A DNA stretch of 64,000 nt from Pseudomonadota bacterium (GCA_039799905.1 JBDLRP010000006.1:9765-73764), one strand, 5' to 3'. Positions 9,731 to 20,800 are shown, counted from the stretch's first letter. Made by a program: numbers and translations. The notes: generated by a model from the sequence alone, not told the origin.

Positions 9731-10105
9731 ATGTTCAAAAGGACTCAACAAATGACCAAAAGTGCGCAACCACTGTCACACGAACACACACTCGCATCAG
9801 CTGCTCGTCCGCGCCGGCGGCCCGATGAAATCTGGCACTGCCGCGAATATTGGACCGGTGACTCACGCGATGGCCAATACACGAACGGCGATGGCTACCA
9901 TTATTTCGAAATGCGTGGCGACGGCGTGATTGTTAAGGCACTCGAGTACTACGAGACCGAAGACGGTGAGGAGCGCACCAACGAGGTGCCCGAGCTCGTG
10001 GGGATCAATTGGTACGAGTTTTTTGGCTTCGACGATGATGAGTTGCTCGAGGACGTCCCCGAGCACGAATTTACGTACGTCGAGCAGCTCATCCGAAAAG
10101 CCTGA
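9731..10105 (+). CDS. Hypothetical small acidic, aromatic-rich protein
   Basis: ATG after TAAGGAAG. C-terminal two-thirds rich in D/E/Y/W/F. Confidence 0.75.
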   Translation: MFKRTQQMTKSAQPLSHEHTLASAARPRRRPDEIWHCREYWTGDSRDGQYTNGDGYHYFEMRGDGVIVKALEYYETEDGEERTNEVPELVGINWYEFFGFDDDELLEDVPEHEFTYVEQLIRKA

Positions 10106-10210
10106 CTGAGTCGTTCGCACCGACTCCCAACATCCGACCCTGTGAATAATTGCCAAGCCCGCAAAGCTGATTAAATTGTCAGGTGACGTGAGCGGGTCTT
10201 GGGGGTTGGT

Positions 10211-11194
10211 ATGAACTATTATGAATTGCTGGGGATTTCGAAAACCGCCAGTGAAGATGAAATTAAAAAGGCGTATCGCAAGCTGGCGATGCAATTTCAT
10301 CCCGACCGAAATCCCGGAAACAAGCAAGCAGAAGAAAAATTCAAGCAGATTTCTGAGGCCTATGCCGTACTCTCGGACAAGGACAAGCGACGGCAATACG
10401 ATATGTTTGGCGACTCTGCCTTTCAGCAGGGTGGTGGATTTCGTGAAGATGTCTTCCGTGGAGCCGATTTCAGCAGCATCTTTCGCGAAATGGGATTCGG
10501 TAACGTCGACTTTGAATCCATGTTCGCCGGCATGGCCGGTGGCGCAGGAATGGGTGGAGGTGCGGCAGGACGAGGCCGCGCATCGGGCTTTCGCGGAGGT
10601 GGAGGATTCAGAACCGGAGGGGGTGGCTACAGAACTCCTCCAGGCTTTGACACCTCCTTTGATGAACAGGAATCATTTGACGTCGAACAGGAACTCACCG
10701 TCGGCTTCATGGATGTCTATCACGGCGGCGAACGTCAGGTCGTGCTCAACCTGCGGGGCGGTGAAAAGGTCAACGCACGCATCAAAATTCCAGCGGGTGT
10801 GGAAGATGGAAAGCTGCTGCGCCTGAAAGGACAGGGACTCAGCAAACCGAACGGCCAACGCGGTGACCTGTATCTCAAAATCAAAATGAGCGAACATCCC
10901 GAATTTCATCGCACCGGCGCGGACGTCGAATGTGACACCCTCGTACCATTCTCCACACTTGCATTGGGTGGACAAATCATGGTCATGACACCGCAGGGTG
11001 CAAAGAAGACGACTCTCAAAGCAGGCATGAAGAGCGGAGTGAAGATCCGCTTGAAGGGACTGGGCTTCGTCAAAGAACAGGGAAGCGAACGCGGCGACCT
11101 ATATGCCCGCATCACCGTGCAAACTCCAAATGAAAGCGAACTAACGCCGGAGCTCGTAGAGTTGCTGGAAAAATTAAAACAAATTGGTTTCTAA
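10211..11194 (+). CDS. Class B DnaJ chaperone (CbpA-like)
   Basis: J domain with HPD, G/F-rich linker, no Zn-finger repeats, DnaJ C-terminal domains. Confidence 0.93.
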   Translation: MNYYELLGISKTASEDEIKKAYRKLAMQFHPDRNPGNKQAEEKFKQISEAYAVLSDKDKRRQYDMFGDSAFQQGGGFREDVFRGADFSSIFREMGFGNVDFESMFAGMAGGAGMGGGAAGRGRASGFRGGGGFRTGGGGYRTPPGFDTSFDEQESFDVEQELTVGFMDVYHGGERQVVLNLRGGEKVNARIKIPAGVEDGKLLRLKGQGLSKPNGQRGDLYLKIKMSEHPEFHRTGADVECDTLVPFSTLALGGQIMVMTPQGAKKTTLKAGMKSGVKIRLKGLGFVKEQGSERGDLYARITVQTPNESELTPELVELLEKLKQIGF

Positions 11195-11253
11195 ATTTTG
11201 CCCGAATAACCCTGAACTGCTATCGTTCCCTCATCGATTGAGAGGGGCGAATT

Positions 11254-11556
11254 ATGACAATGAGCTGGACGTTCAGAAATATCAGCGCGGACGAAGCAAA
11301 GACCATTTTGCAACAAGAACTCCAGGCTGCCGGAGTGCCATCTTTCGCGAGTGTTTCCTGGGAACAAAATACAATGCTGGTGCGTATTGAAAAAGGCGGA
11401 AAGAGCGAGTTCAAGCTCGCGCTGCAAAGCCAGGGCGCCGACACTAAATTCGTCGAAACAAAAAGAGACGTCGCCCTTTTTCACAAACCATTTGTCGGAC
11501 GAGTGGAAAGTTTTGTCGATCAAATTTTGAACAAAGCCGGAGCAGCAAAAGCCTGA
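11254..11556 (+). CDS. Small hypothetical protein (weak resemblance to PHA_gran_rgn family)
   Basis: SWEQNTM...FHKPFVGRVESFVDQILNK pattern and GAGGGG RBS. The family call is tentative. Confidence 0.6.
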   Translation: MTMSWTFRNISADEAKTILQQELQAAGVPSFASVSWEQNTMLVRIEKGGKSEFKLALQSQGADTKFVETKRDVALFHKPFVGRVESFVDQILNKAGAAKA

Positions 11557-11562
11557 ACCACC

Positions 11563-14136
11563 ATGCCTGAAAACTCTCAGCCGGCATTTGGACAACGAGT
11601 CGCCCGCACAGAGACAGCAAAACTGCGTGCTCTCTCGCTGGCAGCGTGTCTCGCTGCAGCTGCTTGTACACACACAACTGAACAGGACAATGCTGGCAAC
11701 TCGAATCAGTTGCAGTCATCGGCACATGGCAAAAACTTCCTAAAAAGCGACTCTCTCACCAACGACACTCTCATAAAATTACTGCCGGAAAATATTTCGA
11801 GCGGCAAAAGATTTGCAAACAGCGCAATCGGACAACGCCTCACGCGCATGACGGGCCGAGAATTCACACCCCATGATGTGCAAACACTGACAGCACTTCG
11901 CGCGCTCCTGATTGCACAACGGGAGGCCCGCGAGCAGCGCGCGGCTCAGACTCGCGAGCTTGCGAAACTCGTGCTCAAGACCGAACACCTGAGCACGCAG
12001 ATTTATGCAAAGGCATTGCGTTTTTTGGCGCTAGCAGATGTCATGACACTCTCGGAAGATACGAACGTCGGCGAGGAAATGCTTGCACGTCATCCGAAAT
12101 CTGAATTCAATTCTTTTCAGGCTCTTCAGTGTTCCATCGCGTGCCAGACCCACGGATGGCAGATTCTTGCACGCGAGGACAGCGCAATACTGACTGCAGC
12201 GGGCTATCGGCAGAGGCTCCTCAGTGAAGAGGCATTTGCCACGGTTGGTCAGCAACAGCCGTCTTGGCTCAAGACGATTTTTTCGCAATCCATTCCCGTT
12301 GCCAGTAAAAAAGACAAAGTTGAAGACCAGGGAAAGCCTAAGCAAAGTGACACACCTGTCCAGCGTGTCTCGCGCTTGCGGGCGCTGGTGGAAAACAAGC
12401 AGTGGACTCAGGCGTCGCTGTTCGCGAAAAAAATTCTCGGCGAACGATCTGGACAGAGCCAGACAACCAACTCGAAAAACGAATGCCCGGCTGATGCATT
12501 GTATGCGCAGTATGCAATCGCGCAGGCAACTCGTATTGCACAGGACCGCAAGACGTTTGCACGCCTACAGGATGAATTAGTCAGAGAACTCGATCGCAGC
12601 CGCTGCTCTCCTGAGGCGTTTGCCTTCGACAAAGAACAATTCGACTCCTTCAAATTAGACGCAAGGCTTTGGCTTGCGAGACTTCAATGGGAACAAAACA
12701 AAAATCCTGAGGCTTTTCACTCTGCGCGGCAAGTTCTCAATGAAGCCACCGTGCTGCAGGCATGGGAACATGTGATTGATGCCGCAAAGGTGCTTATCGG
12801 TCGCGTCGGTTTCGAAATGCTCAACCCTACCGAGAACATCAGTTTTCTGTCTGCGCTAGAGCCCGTTTCCTCGACAGCAGACTCCGAAGACTTTCAAGTA
12901 TGGCTCATCTCGCGGCGTGGACTGATGCAGTTTCTCGACGGTGATTTCGCCTCTGCGCAAAAGTCGTTTGAGCGCGTGATCGATTTGACCAGCGACACTT
13001 CGATGCGGGCGATGGCCTTCTACTGGATTGGCCGATCGCACCATGCAGCCAATCGTCTCAACGACGGCGAAAACGCCCTTCTCTCTTCCGGCATGACCGA
13101 TCCCCTGAGCATCTATGACATCTTCTCGGGCCAGTTGATGGCGCGGGATTCGGGAAGGGCATCGACACAGGCAAAACAGGCATTTTACTCGAGCTGGCAG
13201 ACAGAGCACGAAAGCTGGCTTCAACTCAACGAACGTCAGCCGTTAAAAATTATTGCATCCACTCAGCCGCGGACGCGGCTCACACTTCAAAGCGAAAAAA
13301 TTCCGTCGACGGTAAGCTCGCAATCTCAATTCGACAATTCACTTGAAACAGCAATAATGGTGATCGCCCTGCTGAGAGCTGCGAATCCGGCAATGACTCA
13401 GGATGAGTTTTCGCAGTTTTTGGCTCAATCGACTGAACTTCTTCCCAGCCTGCTCAAAGGCGAAACAGTGCGGCTGCGTCAGTCTTTTCAACGACAAAAT
13501 ACCCTGCACGACGAAGTCATTCCGCGCGCACATCAGGTTGCTTGGCTCACGCACATGTTGGGTGATCATTCGAGTTCCATCCTGTTTGTCGGGCGCTTGC
13601 GCGAGACACTCGGATGGGACAGTGATTATCTGCCATTCTTGTACTTCATTTTTTACCCGCGGCCATTCTCGCAAGAATTCAATGCCGCAGCCGAAAAATG
13701 TTCAGTGGACGTAGATCTGCTCTATGCAATTGCCAGACAGGAAAGTCTTTTCCAACCTGCTGTCAGAAGCCACGTCGGCGCAGTTGGACTGATGCAGCTG
13801 CTTCCGACAACGGCGAGTCGTGTGCTGACAAAGACTGCCGGCATGGCTGCCAAAGAGAAGTTCGACCTCACAAACCCTGCGACAAATACAATCGCCGGCG
13901 CCTGTTACCTTAAACAGCTTTTGGACCGCTACAACAACAATATGACCTTTGCTGTAGCTGCTTACAACGCCGGAGAAGCGGCGGTCGACAGCTGGGTGGG
14001 CAAACGACAAAAACTAGCCGACATGCCTTTTTTCATTGAATTCATTCCATTCGCCGAGACAAAAACATACGTCCAGCGGGTGCTGAGAAATTATTACAAC
14101 ATCAAATGGATTTATCGCTCTTCTCCGGAGAAGTGA
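11563..14136 (+). CDS. Soluble lytic murein transglycosylase (Slt-like), probable lipoprotein
   Basis: AIARQESLF, GAVGLMQL, AAYNAGE and IPFAETKTYVQRV. Helical TPR-like N-region and AAAC lipobox-like site. Confidence 0.92.
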   Translation: MPENSQPAFGQRVARTETAKLRALSLAACLAAAACTHTTEQDNAGNSNQLQSSAHGKNFLKSDSLTNDTLIKLLPENISSGKRFANSAIGQRLTRMTGREFTPHDVQTLTALRALLIAQREAREQRAAQTRELAKLVLKTEHLSTQIYAKALRFLALADVMTLSEDTNVGEEMLARHPKSEFNSFQALQCSIACQTHGWQILAREDSAILTAAGYRQRLLSEEAFATVGQQQPSWLKTIFSQSIPVASKKDKVEDQGKPKQSDTPVQRVSRLRALVENKQWTQASLFAKKILGERSGQSQTTNSKNECPADALYAQYAIAQATRIAQDRKTFARLQDELVRELDRSRCSPEAFAFDKEQFDSFKLDARLWLARLQWEQNKNPEAFHSARQVLNEATVLQAWEHVIDAAKVLIGRVGFEMLNPTENISFLSALEPVSSTADSEDFQVWLISRRGLMQFLDGDFASAQKSFERVIDLTSDTSMRAMAFYWIGRSHHAANRLNDGENALLSSGMTDPLSIYDIFSGQLMARDSGRASTQAKQAFYSSWQTEHESWLQLNERQPLKIIASTQPRTRLTLQSEKIPSTVSSQSQFDNSLETAIMVIALLRAANPAMTQDEFSQFLAQSTELLPSLLKGETVRLRQSFQRQNTLHDEVIPRAHQVAWLTHMLGDHSSSILFVGRLRETLGWDSDYLPFLYFIFYPRPFSQEFNAAAEKCSVDVDLLYAIARQESLFQPAVRSHVGAVGLMQLLPTTASRVLTKTAGMAAKEKFDLTNPATNTIAGACYLKQLLDRYNNNMTFAVAAYNAGEAAVDSWVGKRQKLADMPFFIEFIPFAETKTYVQRVLRNYYNIKWIYRSSPEK

Positions 14137-14557
14137 GCTCTTGAGAGGGCGCAGAGTTCAGTTCACCCTGTGCCACACTTCCGCCGGCGGCCTGAACGGT
14201 CGGGAGCAGATTAGACTCGCCCTCCGTCTCAGTGGTGTCGGATTGGACCTCGGTTGCTGCATGCGCGGCAATGCTTGGTTCTTCCGTTGTGGCTGAATTT
14301 TCCTGATGATGCTTTGTTTCTTCGGGGTCTGTGGTGTGTGAGCGCGCGGGTTGTTCGTGCTGCTGTTCAGTCAGAAGGTCACGCGCCACCTGATCTCGAA
14401 CATCCAGCCACGAGCGCTGCAGATCATTCGTTACACCGCGAAAGTTGTTCCAAGCTTTGACCATTTTTCGCATATTTTTGGGAAGGTCCTCGTTGCCGAA
14501 TAACAACAAGGCAACGAGAGCTACGACGAGAACTTCTCCTCCGCCGATTCCAAACAT
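14102..14557 (-). CDS. tatB: Twin-arginine translocase TatA/TatB subunit
   Basis: MFGIGGGEVLVVALVALLLFGNEDLP followed by an amphipathic helix and a disordered tail. Confidence 0.8.
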   Translation of the reverse strand: MFGIGGGEVLVVALVALLLFGNEDLPKNMRKMVKAWNNFRGVTNDLQRSWLDVRDQVARDLLTEQQHEQPARSHTTDPEETKHHQENSATTEEPSIAAHAATEVQSDTTETEGESNLLPTVQAAGGSVAQGELNSAPSQELTSPEKSDKSI

Positions 14558-14586
14558 ACGAAAACTCCCGCTTGGACCTCGACGAA

Positions 14587-15690
14587 TTACTTTTTGGCCA
14601 GCTCAGCTTCAATCAGTCGGACAAATTCAGCGCGATCGACAGCACCACCCAACTTTCGGCCATTTACAAAATACGCCGGTGTGCCATTGATTCCAATATT
14701 TTGTCCGTCCGCCGCATCTTTGAGAACCTCGGCTTCCATCTTTGGATCCTTAAGGCACTCTTCAAATTTGCCTGCATCCAAAGACAATTTACCTGCCAGC
14801 TCTCTGTAAAGAGAGATATTGAGGCGTGCGTAGTTTTCAAACAGCGCATTGTGCATTTCAAAATACTTGCCTTGAGCCCCCGCACAGTTGGCTGCCACAG
14901 CGGCCGGGAGTGCCTCAGGGTGGATTTCGCGCAACGGAAAGTCACGATAAACCCAGCGCACTTTACCTTTGTACTGCTCGACGATTTCCTTCAACGTCGG
15001 AACCATGCGCGCACAGAATGGACATTGAAAGTCGGCAAATTCAACGATCGTGACCTTGGCATCTTTTGGCCCAAGGAAGTAATTGCCCGCGTCGTCCACA
15101 TCAAGCTTGGGCTCGACCGGACGGCGCACTGCAACGCGTATTGCGCCGGAGTTCTTTGCTTGTTCGACAAGCTGTCTGAAAACACCCTCGCGCTGACGTC
15201 CTTCCAAATAGGCGCGTACCTGTTCAGCCCGCTGATTCTCCGGGATGCGTTGCAACGCCGGATTTGCCTTGTTCTCTTCCAGAAAACTCTGAATTTCAGC
15301 AGCGGGTACGCTCACTTTATCGTTGAAATAGGCAGCTTGTGCTTCCTCAACTGAGGCAAACTTGCGCTCGGTTTTCATCTTTTCGAAAAATTCAGACACG
15401 TAACGCTGGATGAGAATCTGTTCTGCAGCATTGAAGACCTGCATTTCAGCTTCATAAAGCTTTTGTGCTTCGCTGCCGTTGAGCTGCGCACGCTGCACCT
15501 GTGTTGAACCAAAACTGCCAAGCGAGCCGCTGTCACCAGCCGCAGGTGCTGCGACTGCCTCGGACGGTGAAGATGGAGAGAATGGAAGACGTGATGAAAT
15601 ACGCTCTTTGTCGAGTGCAAATAACGGGACGAGACCAAGAAGTCCGCCCAGCACGAAAGCGGCACCGATAAGAACCTTGCTCTTTGACAT
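14587..15690 (-). CDS. DsbA-family thioredoxin-fold protein with helical N-terminal domain
   Basis: EFADFQCPFC and cis-Pro motif GINGTPAYFVNG. N-terminal signal or anchor. Confidence 0.9.
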   Translation of the reverse strand: MSKSKVLIGAAFVLGGLLGLVPLFALDKERISSRLPFSPSSPSEAVAAPAAGDSGSLGSFGSTQVQRAQLNGSEAQKLYEAEMQVFNAAEQILIQRYVSEFFEKMKTERKFASVEEAQAAYFNDKVSVPAAEIQSFLEENKANPALQRIPENQRAEQVRAYLEGRQREGVFRQLVEQAKNSGAIRVAVRRPVEPKLDVDDAGNYFLGPKDAKVTIVEFADFQCPFCARMVPTLKEIVEQYKGKVRWVYRDFPLREIHPEALPAAVAANCAGAQGKYFEMHNALFENYARLNISLYRELAGKLSLDAGKFEECLKDPKMEAEVLKDAADGQNIGINGTPAYFVNGRKLGGAVDRAEFVRLIEAELAKK

Positions 15691-15716
15691 GTTCATACTC
15701 TCCAGATTCAAACTAA

Positions 15717-16574
15717 TTAACGGAATTTACCTTCCAGTTCAGAGATATCCCTACGATACGCGGATTCTTCGGCGACGCCAACGACATCAGGGAGTGTTTT
15801 AGCAAACTCAAGCGTCTTCAGCGCGTCTGCCTTGCTTTGCACTTTGCTTTGCACTTCTGAGAGGTAGATGTGGTTCAGTTTGCTTTCCGGTGCCAAAGAA
15901 ACCGCCTTCTTGAGGTCGTCCATGGCAAGTTTGTTGTCGCCGATGGAAACTACTCCGGGCAATTTATTGTAGAGACGGCCGCGCACACGCAGCGGACCTG
16001 CGAAGTGATATTTGGCGTCGATTTTGATGGCCTCGGTTAGGGCGTCACGCATCGGTTTGGCGGAACTCAGCGCGTTAAGAATTCCCTTCGCTATCCCCCA
16101 GCCGCCAAGAGTGACGGCATACCAGTAGTGCCCCTCAACCCGGTCGGCTGCCAACTTGCGAGCCTTTTCGCCGGACTCAGTTCCCACCTGGAAGACTTCC
16201 ATTTTCTCGGCCGAACTGCTTCCTTTCGGCAGCGCGAAAAAGCCGCCGTAATAAGACATGCGCGAAATACGCCAAAGAACTTCGTAGTCATCGGGCAAAG
16301 CCGGTTTCTTTTTCAGGAATTCGATAATTTTAGAATGAATTTCGTGACGGACGTTCCAAGCTGCATCCAACGACTTTACGTTGCTCTCAAGAACAATCTG
16401 AGCCGCGGATTGTGCGGGGGTCACTGCGGTGGCTGTGGGAGTTTGGCCCGCAGGCGCGGCACCGGCGGGTGTCGAAGTCCCCGCATTAGCTGCAACAGCG
16501 TGCAAACTCGACAATGCAGGGATAGAAAGTACGCAACTCAGAAAGACGGAACGAACACGACAAGCGGACTTCAT
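15717..16574 (-). CDS. Exported TPR-like helical protein (RMDN/TatT-like)
   Basis: Signal peptide, A/P/T-rich linker, YEVLWRISR and EGHYWYAVTLG. ATG at 16574 after AGGAG. Confidence 0.75.
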   Translation of the reverse strand: MKSACRVRSVFLSCVLSIPALSSLHAVAANAGTSTPAGAAPAGQTPTATAVTPAQSAAQIVLESNVKSLDAAWNVRHEIHSKIIEFLKKKPALPDDYEVLWRISRMSYYGGFFALPKGSSSAEKMEVFQVGTESGEKARKLAADRVEGHYWYAVTLGGWGIAKGILNALSSAKPMRDALTEAIKIDAKYHFAGPLRVRGRLYNKLPGVVSIGDNKLAMDDLKKAVSLAPESKLNHIYLSEVQSKVQSKADALKTLEFAKTLPDVVGVAEESAYRRDISELEGKFR

Positions 16575-16597
16575 CTTTTGATCTCCTATTGCAGAGA

Positions 16598-17815
16598 TCA
16601 AAGATATTGCTTGAGTGCCTCCACCTTGTCGAGCTTCTCCCATGGAAACTGACTGCGGCCGAAATGACCGTATGCGGCTGTTTCGCGGTAGCTGAAACCA
16701 TGTTTTGCGGGATGCTTAAGATCGAACTGCGCGATGATATCCGCGGGCTTCATGCGGAATGTCTCGCGCACGGCAGCTTCGATCTTCGTACGGCCGATTT
16801 TCTCGGTACCGAACGTCTGAACATTGACACTCACAGGATCAGCTACGCCGATCGCGTAAGCAATTTGCACCAGTGCGCGGTCTGCAAGACCGGCGGCGAC
16901 GATGTTCTTTGCGATGTAGCGACCCAAATATGCGGCAGAGCGGTCGACCTTGCTGGGGTCCTTGCCCGAAAATGCACCACCGCCATGCGCGCCGTGTCCG
17001 CCATACGTGTCAACGATAATTTTGCGGCCGGTCAGGCCGCAGTCGCCCTGTGGTCCGCCGGTGACGAAGCGCCCCGTGGGGTTGATAAAGTAACGTGTCT
17101 TGGAATCGAGAAGATTCGCCGGAATTGTTTTCTTGACCACTTCGTCGACGACGTACTGGTGAAGCTTTTCAAGGCTGACGTCGGGAGTGTGCATCGTGCT
17201 GACAACCACTGTGTCAACACGCTTGATAACACCGTTGTGGTACTCGACAGTAACCTGAGATTTGGCATCCGGACGCAGGAAAGGAACTTTTTCGACTTTG
17301 CGCTTGTGCGCAAGGTTGCTAAGGATGTTTTGCGCATACTGCAGAGTCGCCGGCATCAATTCGGGCGTTTCGTTGATAGCATAGCCGAACATCATGCCCT
17401 GATCGCCTGCACCCATTTCCTTGTGCAGACCCTCACCCTCGTTCACACCGACGGCGATGTCGTGCGACTGCGCATCGACAGCGACAATCACACCGCAGCT
17501 ACGGTAATCGAACCCGTTTTCCGGATCGTCATAACCAATCTCGCGAATCGTTTCGCGGGCGATGTCGGCGTACTTGCGCGCCTTCATTTTGCATTCATCG
17601 TTGGTGGTGATCTCACCCGCAATAACAACCAGACCGGTTTTTACAAGCGTTTCGCATGCCACGCGCGCATGCGGATCGTATTTCAGAAGTTCGTCGAGGA
17701 TTGCGTCCGAAACCTGGTCGGCAACCTTGTCCGGATGACCTTCCGAAACGCTCTCGGAGGTAAAATAAGTGATTTCGGGATTGGATGACTGCATTGCAGC
17801 ATGACTTCTGAACAT
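16598..17815 (-). CDS. metK: S-adenosylmethionine synthetase
   Basis: [35 protein letters not shown] and TAAYGHFGR. Confidence 0.99.
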   Translation of the reverse strand: MFRSHAAMQSSNPEITYFTSESVSEGHPDKVADQVSDAILDELLKYDPHARVACETLVKTGLVVIAGEITTNDECKMKARKYADIARETIREIGYDDPENGFDYRSCGVIVAVDAQSHDIAVGVNEGEGLHKEMGAGDQGMMFGYAINETPELMPATLQYAQNILSNLAHKRKVEKVPFLRPDAKSQVTVEYHNGVIKRVDTVVVSTMHTPDVSLEKLHQYVVDEVVKKTIPANLLDSKTRYFINPTGRFVTGGPQGDCGLTGRKIIVDTYGGHGAHGGGAFSGKDPSKVDRSAAYLGRYIAKNIVAAGLADRALVQIAYAIGVADPVSVNVQTFGTEKIGRTKIEAAVRETFRMKPADIIAQFDLKHPAKHGFSYRETAAYGHFGRSQFPWEKLDKVEALKQYL

Positions 17816-17854
17816 AAAACACCTCGCACGGGTGAACGGTGAACAAGTTTAAAA

Positions 17855-18213
17855 AACGAGGAGAATCTGTAAGCCGGATTCTGTCGACGACCACAATTTC
17901 TCTTGCTCACACCGTTACCGGCGGAGTCCTTGCAACCAACCCGGGCGTCAAACGGATCGAGCCAATCCTTCGCCCCTATTTGGTTTTGCTTCGGGTGGGG
18001 TTTGCCAAATGCCGTGTCGCCACGGACACCCGTGAGCTCTTACCTCACGATTTCACCATTGCCGGACTTGCGTCTTAGGCTTTGTATTTTCTGTTGCACT
18101 TTCCGTCGGGTTACCCCGCCTGGCCGTTAGCCAGCACCCTGCTCTTTGAAGTCCGGACTTTCCTCACTCATGTCTCTGATAAGACACGGCGCTGCAGCCC
18201 GATCCTCCTCGTT
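17855..18213 (-). ncRNA. rnpB: RNase P RNA, bacterial class A
   Basis: Minus strand has GAGGAAAGUCCGG, GGAAAGUGCAACAGAAA, GGUAAGAGC, GGCAAACCCCACCCGAAGCAA and ACAGAAUCCGGCUUA. The ends AACGAGGAGGAUC and GAUUCUCCUCGUU pair as P1. Confidence 0.97.
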
Positions 18214-18257
18214 GGGGCCGTCATAGCCCACCACCCCCCTGACTTCAAGCAGGATAT

Positions 18258-19349
18258 TTAAACAGTTTGCGCGGACGACCGTCGGTTAAAAATGGCCCTG
18301 ATTTGCCCGGAACTGATGTGAGCATAAAGGAGACCCACCGCCGTGTTTACGAGCAGAAGAACAGCGCTTTGCAGCACCCCTGCCGAGGCTACGAGAGCGG
18401 GAGAAACTGCGAAAATACCGAAAATTGACGCCATGATCAGCTGGTATCCGCCGATTCCGGCAAAGCCCAAAGGTAGCAGGGCTGACAGCGAGATCAGCGG
18501 GTACGCGCAGACGATCTGCAGAAAACTGAGCGACTCGCCAATCGCAAGAGCCGATAAATATAAGGAAAGACTGGTTAATAGGAGACTCGACATGCTGATG
18601 AGCAAGGGTACGAGCAACCTCCGCGGATGGCGACTGGCGGCATCAACATCGTGCCGAAGTGTCTCAAAATGCCCGAGAATCATGTTACGCCAACGCCCAG
18701 AAAACGACTGAGCGGCAAGTCCGTGCACTTTCCAGCGGCGTTCCAAATTCCGCAACAGGCCCAAGCGCACCAATAATGGTGTGGTCAGCAAAAGGAACGA
18801 GCCAATGCCGGAGCTGAGCAACAAAAACCCCGGTCCATTCAGGAGCCCAGACTGTCCGTCCCGTGAAATTGACTGAAAGCAGAGGTAAGCGGAAAAAATA
18901 AATCCCAAAACCAGAATTCCGAGGAATCCGATCAGCCGGTCGGCAAATGACGCAATCGCAAGCCTCGCCTTGATGCCGGCCAAACGACCCGGTTGACCAT
19001 TCGCCTTTGGCGCGGCGGATTGACTGCCCACCATCAATCCGACCCGCAAAACTTCGACAACAGCGAGCGAACCGGGGGCCCACTGCCCGACTGCGGTGCT
19101 GACAAAGGTCGCAGAACTCACCTGCCGCAACGGCGCAGAAATACCCAAAACGCGGAGCAAAGCGGAATATCTGATCATCATGACAAAGGCCGTCAGCAGC
19201 TGAACGCCGGCAATCATCAAAAGTATAAGCGGACGACTTTCAAACGCGTTGACAATATCGCCCGTTCGCAAAAAACCAAGACGATGCATTAAAAACAAAA
19301 AGCCGATGCAGAGTAAAAAAAGCACCAGGGTGCGCAACAAGATTTTCAT
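18258..19349 (-). CDS. Lysylphosphatidylglycerol synthase TM-domain (flippase-like) membrane protein
   Basis: Multiple TM helices, ASFADRLIG and LLPLGFAGIG. Confidence 0.8.
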   Translation of the reverse strand: MKILLRTLVLFLLCIGFLFLMHRLGFLRTGDIVNAFESRPLILLMIAGVQLLTAFVMMIRYSALLRVLGISAPLRQVSSATFVSTAVGQWAPGSLAVVEVLRVGLMVGSQSAAPKANGQPGRLAGIKARLAIASFADRLIGFLGILVLGFIFSAYLCFQSISRDGQSGLLNGPGFLLLSSGIGSFLLLTTPLLVRLGLLRNLERRWKVHGLAAQSFSGRWRNMILGHFETLRHDVDAASRHPRRLLVPLLISMSSLLLTSLSLYLSALAIGESLSFLQIVCAYPLISLSALLPLGFAGIGGYQLIMASIFGIFAVSPALVASAGVLQSAVLLLVNTAVGLLYAHISSGQIRAIFNRRSSAQTV

Positions 19350-20779
19350 GTGCGCGGCTCTCCCGTATCGGCGCGGCGATCATTTTCAGGATCGATACCG
19401 AAGCTTTTCAACTTGCGATAAAGATGACTGCGCTCAAGACCAATCCTCTCGGCGGTCTTGGATATATTGTAGTCGTTGTCGCGCAGCTTGCTGATGATGA
19501 ACTGCTTTTCAAATTCAGCTCGGGCATCGCGAAAATTGTCGACCGAAACCCAGGATGGAAGAGTGATTCCAGAAGAATCACGCCGTTCGGAGAGTCCATC
19601 CGGAAGATGGTGAGCGTCGATAATCTGGTCGGCAACCATGATGCTCAAACGCTCCATGATATTCTTGAGCTCGCGAATATTTCCAGGCCAGCTGTAAGCA
19701 AGCAGACAACGCTCTGCCGCCGACGAAAACCGCTTTGTCGGCACGCCTTCCTCGGCACTGAATATGCCAATGTAATAATTCGCCAGAGCGATGATATCCT
19801 GACCGCGTTCGCGCAACGGTGGCAGCTGAATCGGAATTACATTGAGGCGGTAAAACAAATCCTCACGAAACTCACCCTTGCGGATTGCCTCCTGAAGATT
19901 TTTGTTCGTCGCGGCAATCACCCTGACATCGACGTCAAGTGAATCGTCACTGCCAATCCGCTCAAAGCGCTGCTCTTGAAGCACACGCAGCACCTTGCTC
20001 TGCACCTTGAGCGACATATCGCCAATCTCATCGAGAAAAATCGTACCGCTATTGGCTTGTTCGAATTTACCGCGTTTACTCTGCATGGCTCCGGTGAAGG
20101 ATCCCTTTTCAAAACCGAAAAGCTCCGACTCGATGAGATCCTCGGGAATCGCCGCGCAGTTAATCGCAACAAATTGTTTTCGCGAACGCTGGCTTCTCTC
20201 ATGAATTTGTCGCGCGACATTTTCCTTGCCTGTGCCGTTCTCGCCGGTGATCAGCACAGTTGAGTTTTTTCCGGCCACAACTTCGACAGTCTCACGAACT
20301 TGGGTCATGGCCTTGGATTCGCCGATGAGCCGGTAACGCTTCTCCATGCGCATCCGCAGATTCGCATTTTCCGCACGCAATGAGCGGATGCGCAAAGCGT
20401 TCTCGACACTCATCAGCAATTTTTCAAGGCTGAGGGGTTTTTCCAAAAAGTCTATGGCGCCCAAGCGGGTCGATTTGACCGCAGTCTCGATATTCGCATG
20501 GCCCGAAAGCATAACGACACTGACATCGTTGCCCTGTGCGCGGATCTTTTCGAGAACCGACAATCCGTCGATATCCGGCAACCAGACATCCAGCAAACAA
20601 ACCTCAGGCATTTCACGGTTGAGCAATTTGAGGCCGCTTTGCGCGTCGTGCGCGACAGAGACCTTGTGGCCTTCATCGCGGAGGATGTCGGCAATCATGG
20701 AACAAATCTCCCGTTCATCATCAATGATCAGCACTTTGCCCGTGTATGACGAAACGTTCTCGTTGTTCTGTATGTTCAA
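19346..20779 (-). CDS. ntrX: Sigma54-interacting response regulator, NtrX-like
   Basis: Receiver domain (IIDDE, LLDVWLP), AAA+ domain (GENGTGKE, GSFTGA, FLDEIGD) and Fis-type HTH. Confidence 0.88.
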   Translation of the reverse strand: MNIQNNENVSSYTGKVLIIDDEREICSMIADILRDEGHKVSVAHDAQSGLKLLNREMPEVCLLDVWLPDIDGLSVLEKIRAQGNDVSVVMLSGHANIETAVKSTRLGAIDFLEKPLSLEKLLMSVENALRIRSLRAENANLRMRMEKRYRLIGESKAMTQVRETVEVVAGKNSTVLITGENGTGKENVARQIHERSQRSRKQFVAINCAAIPEDLIESELFGFEKGSFTGAMQSKRGKFEQANSGTIFLDEIGDMSLKVQSKVLRVLQEQRFERIGSDDSLDVDVRVIAATNKNLQEAIRKGEFREDLFYRLNVIPIQLPPLRERGQDIIALANYYIGIFSAEEGVPTKRFSSAAERCLLAYSWPGNIRELKNIMERLSIMVADQIIDAHHLPDGLSERRDSSGITLPSWVSVDNFRDARAEFEKQFIISKLRDNDYNISKTAERIGLERSHLYRKLKSFGIDPENDRRADTGEPRT

Positions 20780-20800
20780 ACCATTCTCCCCGCAGAAGCC

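Noticed and set aside
16589..17788. 399-aa plus-strand ORF
   Set aside because: Antisense shadow of metK; no motifs of its own.
17816..17855. SAM riboswitch upstream of metK
   Set aside because: Only 40 bp are available; the structured RNA upstream is rnpB.
17839..18130. Short ORFs of 75-79 aa
   Set aside because: They lie antisense to the RNase P RNA.
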